From: Octopus vulgaris
Taxonomy: Eukaryota
Assembly (NCBI GenBank): GCA_951406725.2
Contig: OX597816.1
Coordinates: forward strand, 88,846,001 to 88,910,000
Direction: 5' to 3'
DNA length: 64,000 nt
Part shown: in pieces, positions 13,875 through 29,026 of the stretch
How the letters are laid out: every line of letters begins with the position of its first letter
Numbering within the stretch: position 1 is the first letter of the stretch
Made by a program: the position numbers and the translations under genes
Notes under the pieces: generated by a model
What the model was told of the DNA's origin: nothing
Seen by the model: the letters and a program-made list of their open reading frames with translations, nothing else
Databases searched by the model: none

Positions 13875-14540
13875 TCTCTTTACCAAAAGTTTTGTTGGAG
13901 GGCCTGAAGTCTTGTATGAGTAGCAGGGTTACTACATGCAGCCTACGGTACCATGCTATTCGTTCTTTTCAGCTATCTAATTCTTTACTGACTATTCTGA
14001 CCGTACCAAGGAGGCAAACAATTTGTAACAGTACTACTGGACACTCCATTCCAATTTCTTTTATATTTCTCTTGATGTCTTCTGATACCGTTCCCAAGGA
14101 CCGAACGATAAGTGGCACTGCCTTCACCTTCTTCATTTTCTATAACCGGGTTATTTCGTAGTTAAGACGGTTGGATCTATCCATCTATCTTTTTGTCTTC
14201 CTACTTGACTATTAGTGGACCAAAGGGTCATGCAACATCAACTATATATCATATGTGATGCACCTTCTTCACAAGCGTTATGTCCGGTCTGATGTTTGGA
14301 CTGGGAAATCCCAGAGGATTTTGCTAGTCTCCGACTCTGCCACTCTCTGCGATGTGTTCTCATACCACATCTTGCCTCTCTCTAGCACCCACTTTTCGCA
14401 CAGTTTCCAATGTAGGACTTTTGCTACCTGGTCGTGTCACCACAACTTGTAGTGGTTTTGGGCAGGTCTAGGGCATTTGTTAGTCATATGGGCAATGGTT
14501 TCATCCACTATATTGCATATGCGATATAGCAGAGATACCA
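13875..14540 (-). mobile_element. R4/Dong-type LINE 3' fragment
   Basis: Minus strand reads HDQVAKVLHWKLCEKW...WYE...SKILWDFPVQT; lies between two TAA-type arrays. Confidence 0.82.
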
Positions 14541-14541
14541 G

Positions 14542-14657
<116 letters not shown>

Positions 14658-14659
14658 CA

Positions 14660-17600
14660 TTCAGTAGTATATGTTTTATATCGTGCTTTCACTTCACTAC
14701 CGAGCGCAGCTCTGTGTGACTTGAGTATGTGCTGTGATTTGTTGTGATGCTCTTATGGTTATTGTATGGAAAGTGTTCAGCGTAGGATGTGTGCAGTGCC
14801 TAGTAGTGCAATTTTCTGTATGTTATATGTGTTTGTAAGTCCTGGTGTTTTTGTTATGTATTTGTCTGAATATTTTTTTATCATGCCTAGTGCACCTATT
14901 ATGATAGGAATTGTTTCTGTATTTAGATTCCACATTCTGGTTACCTCTATTTCCAGGTCTTTGTATTTTGAAAGTTTCTCAATTTCTTTTAGAGACACGT
15001 TGTCATCTGCTGTTATTGATACATCAATTAGAAAACATTTTTTTCTTCATGATCTCTGACAACTATATCTGGTATGTTGGCCTTAATTTCTCTATCTGTG
15101 TGTATTGGCATCCCATTCCAGAGTATGGTTGCTTTCTCGTTTACTGTGACCTTTTCTGGTGTGTGCCTATACCGTCTTTTTCTGTTGTTATTCCATAATG
15201 TTGACATAGTTTCCAGTGTATATAGGTCCCAACTCTGTCGTGTCTGTGGATATATTCCTTTTTAGCCAGGACTGAGCAGCCAGAGATATGATTTATTGTT
15301 TCTTGTCCATCTCCACATATTCTGCAGTTACTTGTAATATTTCTTTTCATTACAGGTTTTTGGTAATTTCTGGTGGGGAGGTTTTGTGCTGCAATTAAAA
15401 ATCCTTCTGTCTCTGCTTTGAGTCCTGAGCTTCTCAACCATTGCTGGGATTTTTCTTTGTCTATTTCTTTTGCATTTAGTTTAGTCCAGTATTTGCCATG
15501 AAAGCGTCTTTTCTTGCCATCGTTTTATCATGGTTCGTTGCTGTTCTATTTTTAGTTTGGATTTCATTTGTGTTATAGCTTTTGTTGTTTCTTCATCTTC
15601 TCCTTCTTCATATTTGTTAGGTGGTATGATTTCTTGTTTGTATTTGTCAGCTTCCTTAAATACTGAGAACAGTTTTTTGTTTTGCTCGTGTTTTGCCGCT
15701 ATTTGTATCAGTTTTCCTTCCTTCTGAAGTAGATATTTTTGCAGTCCTATGGTGGTTATTTTATAGTAGTTTTCCAGCTGTATAAGGCCTCTACCACCAT
15801 CTATACGTTATATATATAGCCTTTCTATGTCAGATTTTGGGTGATGCATCCTAGATCCTGTCATTATTTTTCTTGTTTTCCTATCTATTTTGGTCAGTTC
15901 ATTTAGAGTCCAGTTAAGGATATTGTAGCTGTAACTTATAACTGGGACGGCTAAAGTGTTGATACCTATTATCTTGTTTTTACCATTGAGCTCTGTTTTC
16001 AGTATTGATCTAACTCGTCTATAATATTCTTTTTTTATTTTCTCTTTCATTTGTGTGTGTTGTGTCTTATCTAGTTCATGGATTCCTAAGTATTTGTAAG
16101 TTTGGCTTTGGTCTAATTCTTTTATTTCATTGATTTTATCTAGTGTGATGTTGCTACTCTTAATTAGTTTTCCTCTTTTCAGGTTACTTTGGCGCATTTC
16201 TCTAATCCTAATTTCATATCTATTTCTTTGGTAAATCCATGAACTGTCTTTAGATTGTTTCCAGCTGTTTGTCATTTGTAGCGTATAGTTTTAGGTCATC
16301 CATATATAAAAGGTGGCTGATCTTTTTGCCGTAACATTTATATCCGCATCCAGTTCTGTTAGCATATCCGATAGAGGTGACAGTGCCAAGCAGAAAAGGA
16401 GTGGAGAGAGGGTATCTACCTGGAATATTCCTCTTCTAATGGGGATGGCTTTGTTTGGAGCTGTAGCTCTGTTTGCCATTTATTCATAGAGTGTCCTATG
16501 TATCTTATAATTGTTAGTGCAACTTTGTTGATGGCTAGTGTTTCGAGAATCCATGTGTGGGGGATGCTATCAAACGCCTTTTTGTAGTCAATCCAGGCCA
16601 TACTGAGGCCTTTCTTCTTTCTGTGGCTGTCTTCAGTTATGGCTTTATTGATCATTAGTTGATCTTTACAGCCATATGAGCCTTTGCGGCATCCTTTCTG
16701 CTCTTCTGGAAACAGGTTGTTTTCGTCCAGGTGCTTGTTCAATCTCTGCGATATTACTGCAGTAAATGCTTTGTACATTGTAGGGAGATAGGTTATAGGT
16801 CTGTAGTTTTCTGGTTTTGCTGTCTCATTTGATTTGGGAATTAAGATGGTTTTCCCCTTCGTGAGCCATGCAGGCATTGTCTCTGGCTATGCCAGTATGT
16901 TGTTAAAATTTTCAGCCAGCTTTTTGTGCATTCCTGTTAGATATTTCAACCAGAAGTTGGGGATCTTGTCATGCCCAGGTGCCTTCCAGTTGCTTAGTCT
17001 TTGCAGTGCTTGGGAGACCTCTCCAGTTGTTATGGGGGTCCAAAGTTGCTCAGATGCTGAGTTTGTTGTTTTAATACTCCTTTTTTTTTTTGGTTGTTCG
17101 TTCGCCGACCATATTTCTCTCCAGAATTCTTCCACTTCTTCTTCTGTTGGTGCTGCAGTGATTTCTATTTTATTTTTGCCAAGTTCTTGCTAGAACTTTT
17201 GGGGGTTGGAGTTGAACTTTTTGTTTTGTTCAAAGAAACGTTGGTGTTTCTCGTACCGGCGGATCCTTTGTGCTTTGGCAAAGATATCTTGCTTCAGCTT
17301 TTCTTTTATCTCAGGTAAATCTTTTTCTGTGGTGTTGTATTTGCGGAGTATTTTTGTTTTCTTTTTTTTGCTCAGTAGCGTTGATTATCTACTGATTTTA
17401 TTAAGAATCGACAGATCTTTTCTAATTTTTTGTATTTTGTTTTGGATGTTATTTATCCACAGGGTTTGTTTGGGTGGTGGTACTCCTGTTTGGATGGGTT
17501 TGAGTGAGTATCCAGCTTCTTTTGTGGCTGCAGTGGCTGCTGCGTATACTAAGTCATTTAGCTCAGTGATATCGCTTTTTGTTTCAGTGGCTATTAGTTC

Positions 17601-17885
17601 CTTGACGGCTAGGTTTATGTTGTTTATAATTGATTTTGTTGTTTTGTCTATTTTGATTTTTGGGAGGTATGGTCGGTGGTCCATTTTGAGCTCTGTGGTT
17701 TTCAGTTCTTTGATTATTCTACTTTTTATAGTTTCATAATCATTAGGCTCCCCTTCGTTGTTTCCAGGTTTTAGATTTGTGTCGCTTTCTATCTCATCCA
17801 TATATTTGTTTGTCGTGTTTTTACTTGCTGTTTGTCGTCTGGGTTTGTTGTTTTTTGTTTACATCGTGTTTGTTGGAAATGTTAC
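14660..17885 (-). mobile_element. R4/Dong-type non-LTR retrotransposon, long copy, frameshifted (RT + CCHC knuckle + RLE)
   Basis: Successive ORF pieces: NWKAPGHDKIPNFWLK; ENYRPIT...EEQKGCRKGSYGCKDQL...AWIDYKKAFDSIPH; RGIFQVDTLSPLLF; YKYLG; GLKAETEGFLIAAQ...CRICGDGQETINHISGC...RHD; KYKDLEIE...PIIIGALG; ends at (TAA)n. Confidence 0.95.
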
Positions 17886-17889
17886 GTTT

Positions 17890-18085
17890 ATCTTCGTGTT
17901 TTACAGCGGGATATACTCATTCTTGGCCAGGACTGCGCAGCCAAAGACAATATCATTTAATGTTTCTTCCCCATCACCAGTTATTTATTGTATTTTTCTT
18001 TGTTGTGTGTTTTTGGTGGTTTCTGCTGGGGATGCTTTTCTTTTTGTGTCGCAATTAAAACCCTTCAGTCTCTGCTTTGAGTCTC
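17890..18085 (-). mobile_element. Second, more diverged R4/Dong fragment (zinc-knuckle region) abutting the 5' end of the long copy
   Basis: Aligns by eye to 15240-15425, e.g. gccaggactg(c/a)gcagcca and gcaattaaaa..ccttc.gtctctgctttgagtc. Confidence 0.75.
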
Positions 18086-20983
18086 TATTTTCAGTCTCTG
18101 CCTATTCCCCAACAGTAATAATAATCTGATCATAGCTAAGGATGGGAATGGCAAGCCGAATGACTTAATCGTCGATGGAAATAGTGACATGATTTATAAT
18201 AATTCTAACAGTATTATTTCCGAACAATGTCCACTCAATTACCCTCACTTGAACTTAAAATCTATTTCGAATTTTCATTTATAACCAACAATAATAGCAT
18301 CAAAGCGTTTATAATCTCGTCGCCAATAACTTTAAGACTCCTTATAGCATTCTTCTATAATGTGAACAGAGAAACATCTCCAGGCTATCAAGTTCCTTTT
18401 AGTAACTCAAAGGAAACAGTGAATACTAAATCCTCAAATCCCAGACACTGACAAGAGGTCTCTCATATACAGATTACTCACTACTGAAAATCAGAGAAGG
18501 TGACCACCTGTGGGAAAAGGACCTTGGAGGATGAAACACCATGAATACACAATGGTAGCGAAGAATTTTTCCATCTACCGCCTTAGTCTAATTGCAAAAT
18601 AAAGATCTTATCTGACGGATTATTATTCGCATTTCGATTTTTATTATTTGCTATAATTCTTTCTTCCAATTCTCTCAAATATTCATGGCGTATATCATTT
18701 TTTTATTTTCACCGAATACTTTCTTCCTATAATTCATTTAGTTACTTCTTCTCCACATCATTTTACCACATTAAAAAAATATATAAACACTCACACCGAT
18801 GTAATATTATAGGAAACCACCTAAACTTACTATACTGAATAGACAAAACAGGTTGTGTACATGCTAATAATTGTAACACTTCTCCATAGTATTTCTCTCC
18901 AATTCATACTTCTGACTCCTATCTTTCACTATACGCACAACATATTTATTCCTCTAGGCCACCATATCTTTTTAGGAGAAACCATAAATATCCATACCAT
19001 GATCTCATGAAAGGGACCCAAAACATTAAGCAGTATGGAAATCATTGCATGTATAACAGCAATACTTATGTAAGTACATCATTTATTGTAAGATTTTGAA
19101 AGTACTATTACTTTTATTGATATGATTATAAGAGCTACATTCTTTTAAACTACTTAATACTCTTTACTTAAGCTGAATGGAGTGAATGACTTTACATTTT
19201 TACCATAGATTTGCTCTAACACTTCTTCCAACTAAGATAATATGCATATAATATATGCTCTGTACACGTACTAGAATTTATACATTGTTATATCTCACCT
19301 CTCTCTTCGCTTCATATTCACATACATAAATGTATTTCTATTGAGAATGCTTGTTTGTAGATGTCTCAAATGTTTGGTTTTCGGTCGTGATACTCGTTGA
19401 GTTCTATAGTTACAAATAACTTATACTTTCTACAACTCTTTAGGATCCTCTGTTCTTCGATTCCGACGCACAGCCTTGATCTCGAATAAACACTTGAAGT
19501 CGCAAACATATCTATTTACAACCAGTAAATACGGTGTCTTTGCTGTTAGTTGAAAATTCACTTTCATTTCTAGCTACCTCCATTGACGAAGACATATCTA
19601 TGGGCAAAGGAAAATGGTACCTTGTGACATTCATAATTTTCTAAAACTTTCCTCGAAAGAATTAGCTGTCAATAGATACACACGACTTGAATATTTAACA
19701 GCGAGGACAGATCAGCATAGATTTATCAACTTGCATCTTTCTGCATGAATTTCATCAAAAACCGCTTAAACATATGGATGACTAAAATTACTGATATGAA
19801 TCTAATCAGATATAAACGGTTCCTAGTCGGACAATAATTTTTACAATATTTAATATAAATGTTGTCATTTCTGTTATTTTAGAATTCAAATCTAACATGA
19901 AATGTGGGATTCCCCATTTCCTTTCATAGTTACATGATCGAGAAATTACCCACAAGTGATATAGTGGTAATTATTCAATCGACAAATCTTACACCACCAG
20001 AAATATTCTGCCAACATGATAATAAATACAAATATGATGCTAATAATGTTTACATTATTTTACCTAATTCTCAATATGTTTAATGCTGTCTGGCATCAAA
20101 GGGGGTAAGCAAATTCTTAGTATACGTAAGAAAAATGGAGGCATTATTCATCTGAGGAAAACAGATGTCTTGAAATTTGATCAAAATCCAAATTTTAATA
20201 GTGCAAATGTTTAGATGCTATTCCCACCTACCGTTTCTTTAAAAATTGCACGTCTGGACAATGTATATAAAGCTCTTATCCTAATTTATGTAGCAACTGT
20301 GCATTGGCTCAGTTACAAAAAAGAATAAATAAAAAATAATCACATTCATTTCAATAGTATTTCCAAAGTCTCTGTTCATGGAGGGAGAGAAAATAAAATA
20401 GAGATGCACGAGAGCTTTACAGTGACGACTATTTACGGAAGTCTGATCAGCAGTGAAACTTAGCACAATGTTTATAATGATTATGCGGCAGGAAGTAGTT
20501 ACGAGAAGCAGTATTGTGGAGTGAAACCGAACGGAATTGAAAGAGTGTAAGTAATAGAAAATGTTTTCGCGTGGTCGGAGTGGAAAATTGTGATTCAAGC
20601 GCGGGAGAAATAGAAACTTAGGAAAATGGCATAGGCTCTGTTTCTGGAAACAGTCAAAGACATTAAGGAAATCAAAGGCCATAGCAAATATTTCGAGAAT
20701 AGTTACCTGAGAATAGGATGCTTCACCGATTTATTCATAAGAGGTAGCGGCGAAAAATCACAGCGCCATTTCACATTAAAAACAAGATGAAATCGTAGAT
20801 GTAGTACGAATTCATACTATTTTTAATGTGGAATCACACCATGTCGTATATCAAAAAGAATTTGAGCTCTATTTCTGTATTCAATTACTACCGCATCTAT
20901 TGACATGAATGTATTTATCTAAGCCTCAAGTACATAGAGAATGATATTCGAACAATGATTGTGTTATTTATTTTATTGTAGCC

Positions 20984-21047
<64 letters not shown>
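20984..21047. repeat. (TAG)n microsatellite
   Basis: Directly visible. Confidence 0.97.
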
Positions 21048-21048
<1 letters not shown>

Positions 21049-21829
21049 ATTGATGTTGTTGTTGCTGTCATTATTTTAGTTGCTGTTGTTGTTGCAGAGG
21101 TTTCTCGTGGGTAAGGCATAGAGTATTATGCTCATGAGATTTCCCTTAAAATTCTTATTCTTCAAGTTGGACAAAAATTCGTAGCGAAATCATTAAAATT
21201 TCATATCATAAATTAATGCTCTTCAGACTTTATTTGCAGTAAATAAATACATACATGTTTCTTTTTTTAACTTTCTTCATCTTACCTTCCTCAAGATTTT
21301 CTGTAGATAATAACAAGTCTTATTTTTTTTTATTTCCTTCTTCACGCTCTTATATTGCCTCAGTTGATTTAACCGCCAAAATATTTATAAACCATATAAC
21401 TAATGATATTTTTTCCTTTCATTTTATGTTTACTTAATAGGCTAATGTTACAGTGTATATGTGCTTGTGCACAGCAAACTGAAAGTGAAAGAGAGAAAGA
21501 AGAACAATTTTGGCTAGAACTGTTCAAGTTGAACTAACTAACTAACAAATGTTGCAAAATATTTGCTTGATATACAGGAAATGTCATATTTGAAGAAAAT
21601 TGGGCGAAAACGTGCTATATTTATTGCTTGGCTCAAATCCAAAGAATTCACTGAACTCAATATAGATTTTCAGATATCTATCCTAAATACATAACGCCAG
21701 CTTTGTTTGGTGTGATGCTACATCTTAAATGTCGAACTGTCACCGTGAAATCGAAAACCATTATCTATCAGTCTACCAATCTCTCTATCCACCTCTGTAC
21801 ACAAAATTCTATACATACATACATAATAT

Positions 21830-21893
<64 letters not shown>

Positions 21894-21901
21894 GTATGTA
21901 T

Positions 21902-21965
<64 letters not shown>

Positions 21966-23264
21966 GAGAGAGAGTAAACATATGTACATAGACATATAAA
22001 TACATGCCTACATATATATACATATAGATAATATATACATACATACACCATATACACACAGTGAGACACACACACCTACATACACACACATACACACACA
22101 TACACTTATATATATATATATACATTCATTTCTACTCATTGCTGTTGAGAATATGCCATTGGTTTATGATAATTATTGCAAATCTGATAGGGTTCAGTAG
22201 CAGGCCGCAGATACATGTATGGTGTAGTTGAATAGGATCTGCGACCCGATTTGATGCACCGATTGAAACAGTTTGGTTTCAATTACATTAACGATATTTG
22301 TATAAAAAGATTTTACTATAGCAATATTTAATTTTCATACTGACATATACCCTTGCAATGCCTTTTATTTAAAGACAAACTCTCAGATATGCCTTTTAAT
22401 AAAATTTCATTCTATATTGGCTGGCAAATTAGAACACTTACAACATTATTTATGACTTTAACAAACTTCGATACAGGCATAAATTTCATTAAATCCAGTA
22501 ACTATTCCGTCTACGCACCAACAATGTTGTTATTGATTAGTTAAAAACTAATTCCCGAATGACTGAGTAGTAAGTTCAATTCACATATGTTAATAGATCC
22601 AGAGCCACTTTCAGTTGCATGCACCACACATTCACTATTGTGTTATATATATGCGTGTATGTGAGTATGTAGGTATATATATATGTATATATATGTCTGT
22701 GTGCATATGTTTGTGTGTGTGTGTACGTATGTTTCTGTATGAGTATATTTATATAATGAAAGGAAAGGACAGGCAAACAGCAGGCGTCACGTCGAATTAT
22801 GAGGTATTTGTATTTATGTGACATATAAAGAAAAAATGCATTAAGGTGTATAAGTCACAGAAGATCAGTAAAAGTTGCTACTCTATGGGATATGTGTAAT
22901 AGTTGCTACGTACGTTAGTAGACTTCATGAAGAGGCAAAAGAAAATCATCACAAGTAAAAAGTGTATAACTGAAAATAAATAAGAAATGTGTGAAGATAC
23001 TAATTTACAGCTGTTTCAAGACTAGTTGCGTAATTGGTCAAGTTTTCTTCATGCTGTCAGCATCTCATATTTTTGTAGGAACATATACCATTTTTGGTGG
23101 TAAACTCTTTTGAGATTCAATAACAGATGAATAAATACGAAGAGTGGTAGATATATAAAAATAAGTATAGATGAAAAATGGCAGATATATCTATACCTGA
23201 GGAAAATATGCAGACAGAAAAGGAAAAGAATAAAGTGCAGCACGCTCTGCAGTATAGGTAGGTA

Positions 23265-24148
23265 TACTAGTAGGAACCCAAAAGTAACCGGAAATGTTCT
23301 CTGTAGGACAAGCTCGTTGTAGTTCGGACGTCTGTCGCTAGAAGCCACTTGATGCAACCCTCAGGCATGAATCTAACGACCGGCGTCGTCGCGTTAGTCC
23401 TACTGCCACGTGGTACGTTTTTGCTTTGCAGTGCTTCTCCCCTGCCGACTTTTGCAATGGCTGAAACGAAGGAACAGCGTGTTTTCGTGAAATTCTGTCT
23501 TCTGCTAGGGGAAAATGCCCACCGAAACAGTTGTCATGCTTCAAACAGCTTACAAGGACGCTGCTATAAGTAAAACACAAGTTTATGTGTGGTTTTCACG
23601 TTTTAGGAATGATGACTCGTTGCTTGAATACCAACCTCGTTCAGGGTGAACGTTGACCTCCCTAACGAATGAAAACATCATGAAAATTCATGAACTGATC
23701 TTGGAGGACCGTCACTAAACAAGTGACGAACTTGTTAATATGACCGATGTTCTTGGAGTTCCTGCCAAGAAATTTTGAGCGAGGAATTGCGAATGAAAAG
23801 AGTTGCAGCAAAATTTATGCCTCGTTTGCTCGAAGACCAAAACCAGTCACGACTGAATGGGTTTCGTAGACTGAAAGAACAGTTGGAAGTTGATCCGCAC
23901 GTTTTTCCGAAGGTCATCACTAGTGACGAAAACTGGTGCTAAGGAACTTGCTGTTGTGGAACAGGCGAAAGAAAAAATACAACGTCGGCGGTAAAAAGCA
24001 TCACTTTGCAAGTGTTCCACCGCTTCGAACAGCAGAAAACTCTATTCTTCAAATAGAGAATACTTTGGAAGCGATACAAATGTGAACATGTAAATCTAAG
24101 TGAATAAAATAACAGCAAATACCGGTTTCTTTCGGGTACTCCTTCGTA
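23265..24148 (+). mobile_element. mariner DNA transposon fossil, internally deleted
   Basis: MAETKEQRVFVKFCLLLG...SKTQVYVWFSRF...MKRVAAKFMPRLL...VITSDENWC; imperfect TIRs (tactagtaggaacccaaaagtaaccgg / ccggtttctttcgggtactccttcgta) bounded by TA. Confidence 0.88.
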
Positions 24149-24489
24149 TATGTATATTTCTATCCCATTCTCACTTTCAAATATATAATAAATATACGTA
24201 ATACACCAATAATGTTCATATGCTTGCCCTTTTATGAACATCTAAAAAAAATTGCCGGTATTTTTATATGAAATTTCTATATATCTCTAGTTTCGTATAA
24301 ATATTTAGTATCCTACTTTGAAATTATTTTTCAGGACCATGTAAATACTCAATATGGATAACGAAGGAAGACCACAACATTTCAATTTGAATACTGAAGT
24401 ATTGTCAGAAATCTACGTATATAATATATCATTAATATTATATATTGGCTTTAAGAATATTCATTCTCTTAAGTTTCTAATTTTTTTTG

Positions 24490-24990
24490 CGCCCCTTTTA
24501 AAGCCTAGCCAGGCTCAAGGGCCCGGTTTCTCGGTTTCAAGCGTATGTGTTCCCCAGCTGGATGGGACGCCAGTCCATTGCATTGTTATTCATTTTTGCC
24601 AGCTGAGCGGACTGGAGCAACGTGAAATGAAGGGTTTTGCTCAAGAACACAACACGTCGCCCGGTCCAGGAATCAATAACACAATTTTACGATCGTGGTG
24701 CTGACACCCTAAACACTAAGCCACGCGCTTCCACAAATAATCTTCCTTCTCGAGCCATGCCAGGCTCATAAGAGCCGGTTTTCCGGTTTCCGTGGCGGAG
24801 AAATTCCCCACCTGGATGGGACGCCGGTCCGTCGCAGGATTACTCATTTTTGCCAGCTGAGTGGACTGGAGCAACGTGAAATGAAGTGTTTTGCTCAAGA
24901 ACACAACGCATCGCCCGGTCCAGGAATCGAAACCACAACCTTACGATCATGAGTTCAGCACCCTAACCACTAAGCCACGCGCCTCCACAG
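24490..24990 (-). mobile_element. Two adjacent head-to-tail tRNA-derived SINEs, family C (~24490-24735 and ~24750-24990)
   Basis: Both read gcgcgtggcttagtg(g/t)ttagggtg...gattcctggaccgggcga...gtgttcttgagcaaaac...ttcacgttgctccagtcc on the minus strand. Confidence 0.88.
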
Positions 24991-25244
24991 GTTTCTTAGT
25001 TTACACGTACGTGTTTCTCTTCCGGCGTTCCTAAGTTACATATTAATCATTATGATTAGGAGCAAGTCCATTAGTGTGGGTTATTCTTAATAGATTCTTT
25101 TGCTTCGTTAATCTTCATATACATGAACATGCATACTTTTGCATATATACAGATATCTGTGTGTGTATGTATGCATGTGCATCCGCACACGCGTGTGTGC
25201 GTGTGCATGCATGTATATGTATATGCATATATACATATACATTG

Positions 25245-25476
25245 AGGCGGCGAGCTGGCAGAAACGTTAGGGCGCCGGGTGAAATGCTCAGCGGTATTTC
25301 GTCTGTCGATACGTTCTGAGTTCAAATTCCGCCGAGGTCGACTTTGCCTTTCATCCTTCCGGGGTCGATAAATAAAGTACCAGTTACGCACTGGGGTCGA
25401 TGTAATCGACTTAATCCCTTTGTCTGTCCTTGTTTGTCTCCTCTGTGTTTAGCCCCTTGTGGGTAGTAAAGAAATA
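25245..25476 (+). mobile_element. SINE family A, full length
   Basis: ggcggcgagctggcagaaacgttagg...ggtagtaaagaaata. Confidence 0.92.
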
Positions 25477-25879
25477 TATATGTATATGCATGTAAGCACC
25501 TGAGTATAAATGACTTCAAATTTAACTATTTTAAAATACTTGAGATATTCGTTCTGCCTTGGTTTTGATTTTTCCTCTATAATATATACCTGCTATAAGG
25601 GAATCCCAACACGGATATATAGATCCAGCCTTAGCTGTGATCTTGGAACCTAAAGGTCGACCTACTATAGCACTTGTACAGCGTACCTATTCGTTTAGAT
25701 CACAAGTGAAATAAGCCCCTCATATTCTTTATATATATACATATATGTATATGCTATGTGCGTATGCCATGTCTTTGTGTGTATGTATGTGTGTATATAT
25801 ATATATATATATACACTCATATATGTATGTATTGCTTGTATGTATGTATATATGTGTGTATGTGAGTGTGTTCTTGTAC

Positions 25880-26080
25880 TGGCATTTGTCCTCCACCACC
25901 ACTTACCATCAGATATTGGTTTGTTTACGTCCATATGACGCAGAAGTTAAGCAAAAATCGCCGATAGAATAATTGCCAGGCATTTAAGAAATAAGTACTG
26001 GTATCAATTAGATCGATTTTAAACATTCAAGACGGTGCCCCAGCATTTCAGTAATCAGATGACTGCAACACAAAAAATTT
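25880..26080 (+). mobile_element. SINE family D 3' portion
   Basis: ttggtttgtttacgtcc...gatagaata...aaataagtactgg...gacggtgccccagcat, followed by (GATA)n. Confidence 0.65.
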
Positions 26081-26087
26081 AAAAGAC

Positions 26088-26180
<93 letters not shown>

Positions 26181-26264
26181 CGTGTATCTATACAGGCAGA
26201 GGAGAGGCAAAAAGAGAGATGTGCAGCCATTTCTTCTGTGGTGAGCAACTTCGCTTCGCAGCCT

Positions 26265-26668
26265 TCAGAAACTTTAGCACGCCAGGCAAATGCGTAGCCG
26301 TATTTCGTCTGCCGCTACGTTCTGAGTTCAAATTCCACCAAGGTCGACTTTGCCTTTCATTCTTTAGGGGTCGATTAAATAAGTACCAGTTACGCACTGG
26401 AGTCGATATAATCGACTTAATACCGATGTATGTCCTTGTTTGTCCCCTCTATGTTTAGCCCCTTGTGGGTAATAAAGAAATAGGTATTTGGTCTGCCGCT
26501 ACGTTCTGAGTTCAAATTCCACCGAGGTCGACTTTGCCTTTCATTCTTTAGGGGTCGATTAAATAAGTACCAGTTACGCACTGGAGTCGATATAATCGAC
26601 TTAATACCGATGTATGTCCTTGTTTGTCACCTCTATGTTTAGCCCCTTGTGAGTAGTAAAGAAATAGG
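26265..26668 (+). mobile_element. SINE family A with local tandem duplication of its 3' ~185 bp
   Basis: ~26300-26482 repeated at ~26484-26668 with shared private variants. Confidence 0.88.
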
Positions 26669-26969
26669 ATATGTGTGAACCGCAGTGTTCAGTAGTCTCC
26701 TGCTATAGACTCTAGCTGACCAATGCATTCATTAATGAATTCAGTAGAAAGAAATTGTGCACCACCCACTCGTGGTTATTTATGTGTGTTGAGTGTGTCA
26801 GCGTATGTGTGTCCTTCCATTTGCCACAGTATGTTTGTTTTTTGCATCAAGTTTACAATGATGTTCATTTTCTTGTATCTCCATACCATAGCGGATAACA
26901 TAAAATATACAGAGTTGCCCCAGCCTGACCGCTGTACAGTAACCGAAGCAAATTACAGAGCAATAAATA

Positions 26970-27740
<771 letters not shown>

Positions 27741-28519
27741 TGCAAACACAACGCCGAAGGTACTGTTTTACTGGCAAGTTGAAATGTGATTACTTTTGCA
27801 ACAGCAAATCAGCGTCATTACGTAAGAGTCAATAAAAACAATATCCTTTTCTTCTCTTTTTCTAAATAGTATATAAATGTATGCGTGTTTGTGTGGGCAT
27901 TTACGTCAGCCAGTGTCTGCCTGTGTATGTATTTTTTGTGTGCCTCTCTATGCTTTTGCCGGTGTGCAACTTTGAGTGTAATTGTGTGAGTGGGTAATTG
28001 CGTGGGTTTGTAACTACGTGAGTCAGTATGTTTGTGTGTTGTGTCTATGTGTGTGTGTCTGTGTCTGTGTTTGTGTTTGTGTCTGTGAATATTAGGATTA
28101 ACAGGCTAACTAAAAGATAGCTAGTTGCAGTACAACATCACACTGCTCAAGTAATCATCTATTTATCCAAACCACGATGCACATCCTGGATATTTTCTCT
28201 TAGAATATTGTTCAGCAGCATTGTGTTTTGTTCCAGTATTTGTGTTACTGACTCTCTCAGTCTGGATATTTATCGACACCTCAGTCTTTTGATAAGTCCG
28301 AGTGGCAGTGAAGCATGAAAATAAGTGGAGCCAACACAGTACATCGATAGATAGTAATAGTTAGCTGTTAAAAATACAGTGGATTCTAAAATACTGGAGT
28401 CGATTTTATGTTGGATACTGTTACCATCAAAGATTGTAAAGACAAGCATTCCTATACCACGCATGCTTACATATTCATATATATATGTATATATATATCA
28501 GGTAGTGCTATTAAGATAG

Positions 28520-28561
28520 ACATGGACTGGACCAATCTTTGGTCGAAACATATCTAAGTTT

Positions 28562-28562
<1 letters not shown>
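28520..28562 (+). mobile_element. Extreme 3' stub of the CR1-type LINE
   Basis: ctggaccaatctttggtcgaaacatatctaagttt is the reverse complement of 48269-48303. Confidence 0.6.
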
Positions 28563-28592
<30 letters not shown>

Positions 28593-28962
28593 CTTTACTA
28601 ACCCCTCCCCGAAAAATGAGCAATTACCTCCCCTGTTCCCAATAATAATGATCACCATTTACTCGCCTTAGATTTTTCTACTTGATTCATTCATTCATAA
28701 ATTTCTCCACACACACAATGGTCTAAAATTTTAAGAAAATACGAAATTACAACGCGAATCCGGTCGACAAACGCTATGTAAAATATATTTTAAAATAAAC
28801 TGTAAAATATAATGTAAAGTGTGTGCATTTTCCTTCTTTTATTTTATATATTTTTTGTATTACAAAACACCACATGGGCATAATCGAAATTCCTCCCTTT
28901 TTATTACTTATATATATATAGATAGACATACGGGTAATGTGATTAATCGATCGATCGATCGT

Positions 28963-29026
<64 letters not shown>

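Noticed and set aside
20281-20760. 133-aa ORF and an HSD motif suggestive of a retroviral-type integrase
   Set aside because: No coherent DDE motif spacing; stops in the relevant frame
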